A stretch of 64,000 bases of DNA from the human T2T-CHM13v2.0 reference genome, Homo sapiens: NCBI RefSeq assembly GCF_009914755.1, contig NC_060926.1, one strand, 5' to 3'. The notes beneath the pieces are model-generated. The model was not told the origin of the DNA. It made no database searches and worked only from the letters and a program-made list of their open reading frames with translations. Below, piece by piece: positions 63,923 through 64,000 of the stretch. The first letter of the stretch is position 1. Each line of letters starts with the position of its first letter. Both the position numbers and the translations under genes were made by a program.

Positions 63923-64000
63923 CTTTCTTTCTTTCTTTTTTTTTTTTGACGGAATCTCACTCTGTTGCCCAGGCTGGAGTGCAGTGGTGCAATCTCAGAT
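63923..64000 (-). mobile_element. Alu 3' end, truncated by the window edge
   Basis: T-tract followed by gacggaatctcactctgttgcccaggctggag. Confidence 0.9.

Overview
Primate, almost certainly human, genomic DNA covering the 5' regulatory region and first coding exons of GREB1 (+ strand). It holds three perfect estrogen response elements about 21.2, 9.5 and 1.6 kb upstream of the inferred main non-coding first exon (about 35.1-35.27 kb). Two further candidate alternative first exons lie at about 41.0 and 43.7 kb. Coding exon 2 starts [10 protein letters not shown] (ATG 57570) and coding exon 3 spans 63418-63537, carrying Thr at codon 77. The rest is intron or intergenic and dense in repeats: about 30 Alus, L1/L2/MIR remnants, MaLR LTRs, MER44, MER85 and a Tigger13-like element. 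Small-RNA sequences include two 5S rRNA pseudogenes, a 5' U2 fragment, a tRNA-Glu-derived copy and the MIR4429 hairpin. Nearly all ORFs in the track are Alu, L1 or simple-repeat artefacts. I found no new multi-gene system. The most unusual items are: (1) a TSD-flanked retrocopy of tRNA-Glu with CCA fused to what looks like antisense ERV LTR U5 (a fossil primer/strong-stop intermediate); (2) an inverted duplication of an Alu plus its unique flank; (3) the GREB1 first exon and promoter sitting inside a Tigger-like DNA transposon; (4) a spliced 65-codon uORF in frame with GREB1; (5) a 5S-Alu fusion. Repeat family names, gene symbols and transcript structures are recalled from memory and need RepeatMasker/Dfam/RefSeq confirmation; repeat boundaries are approximate.
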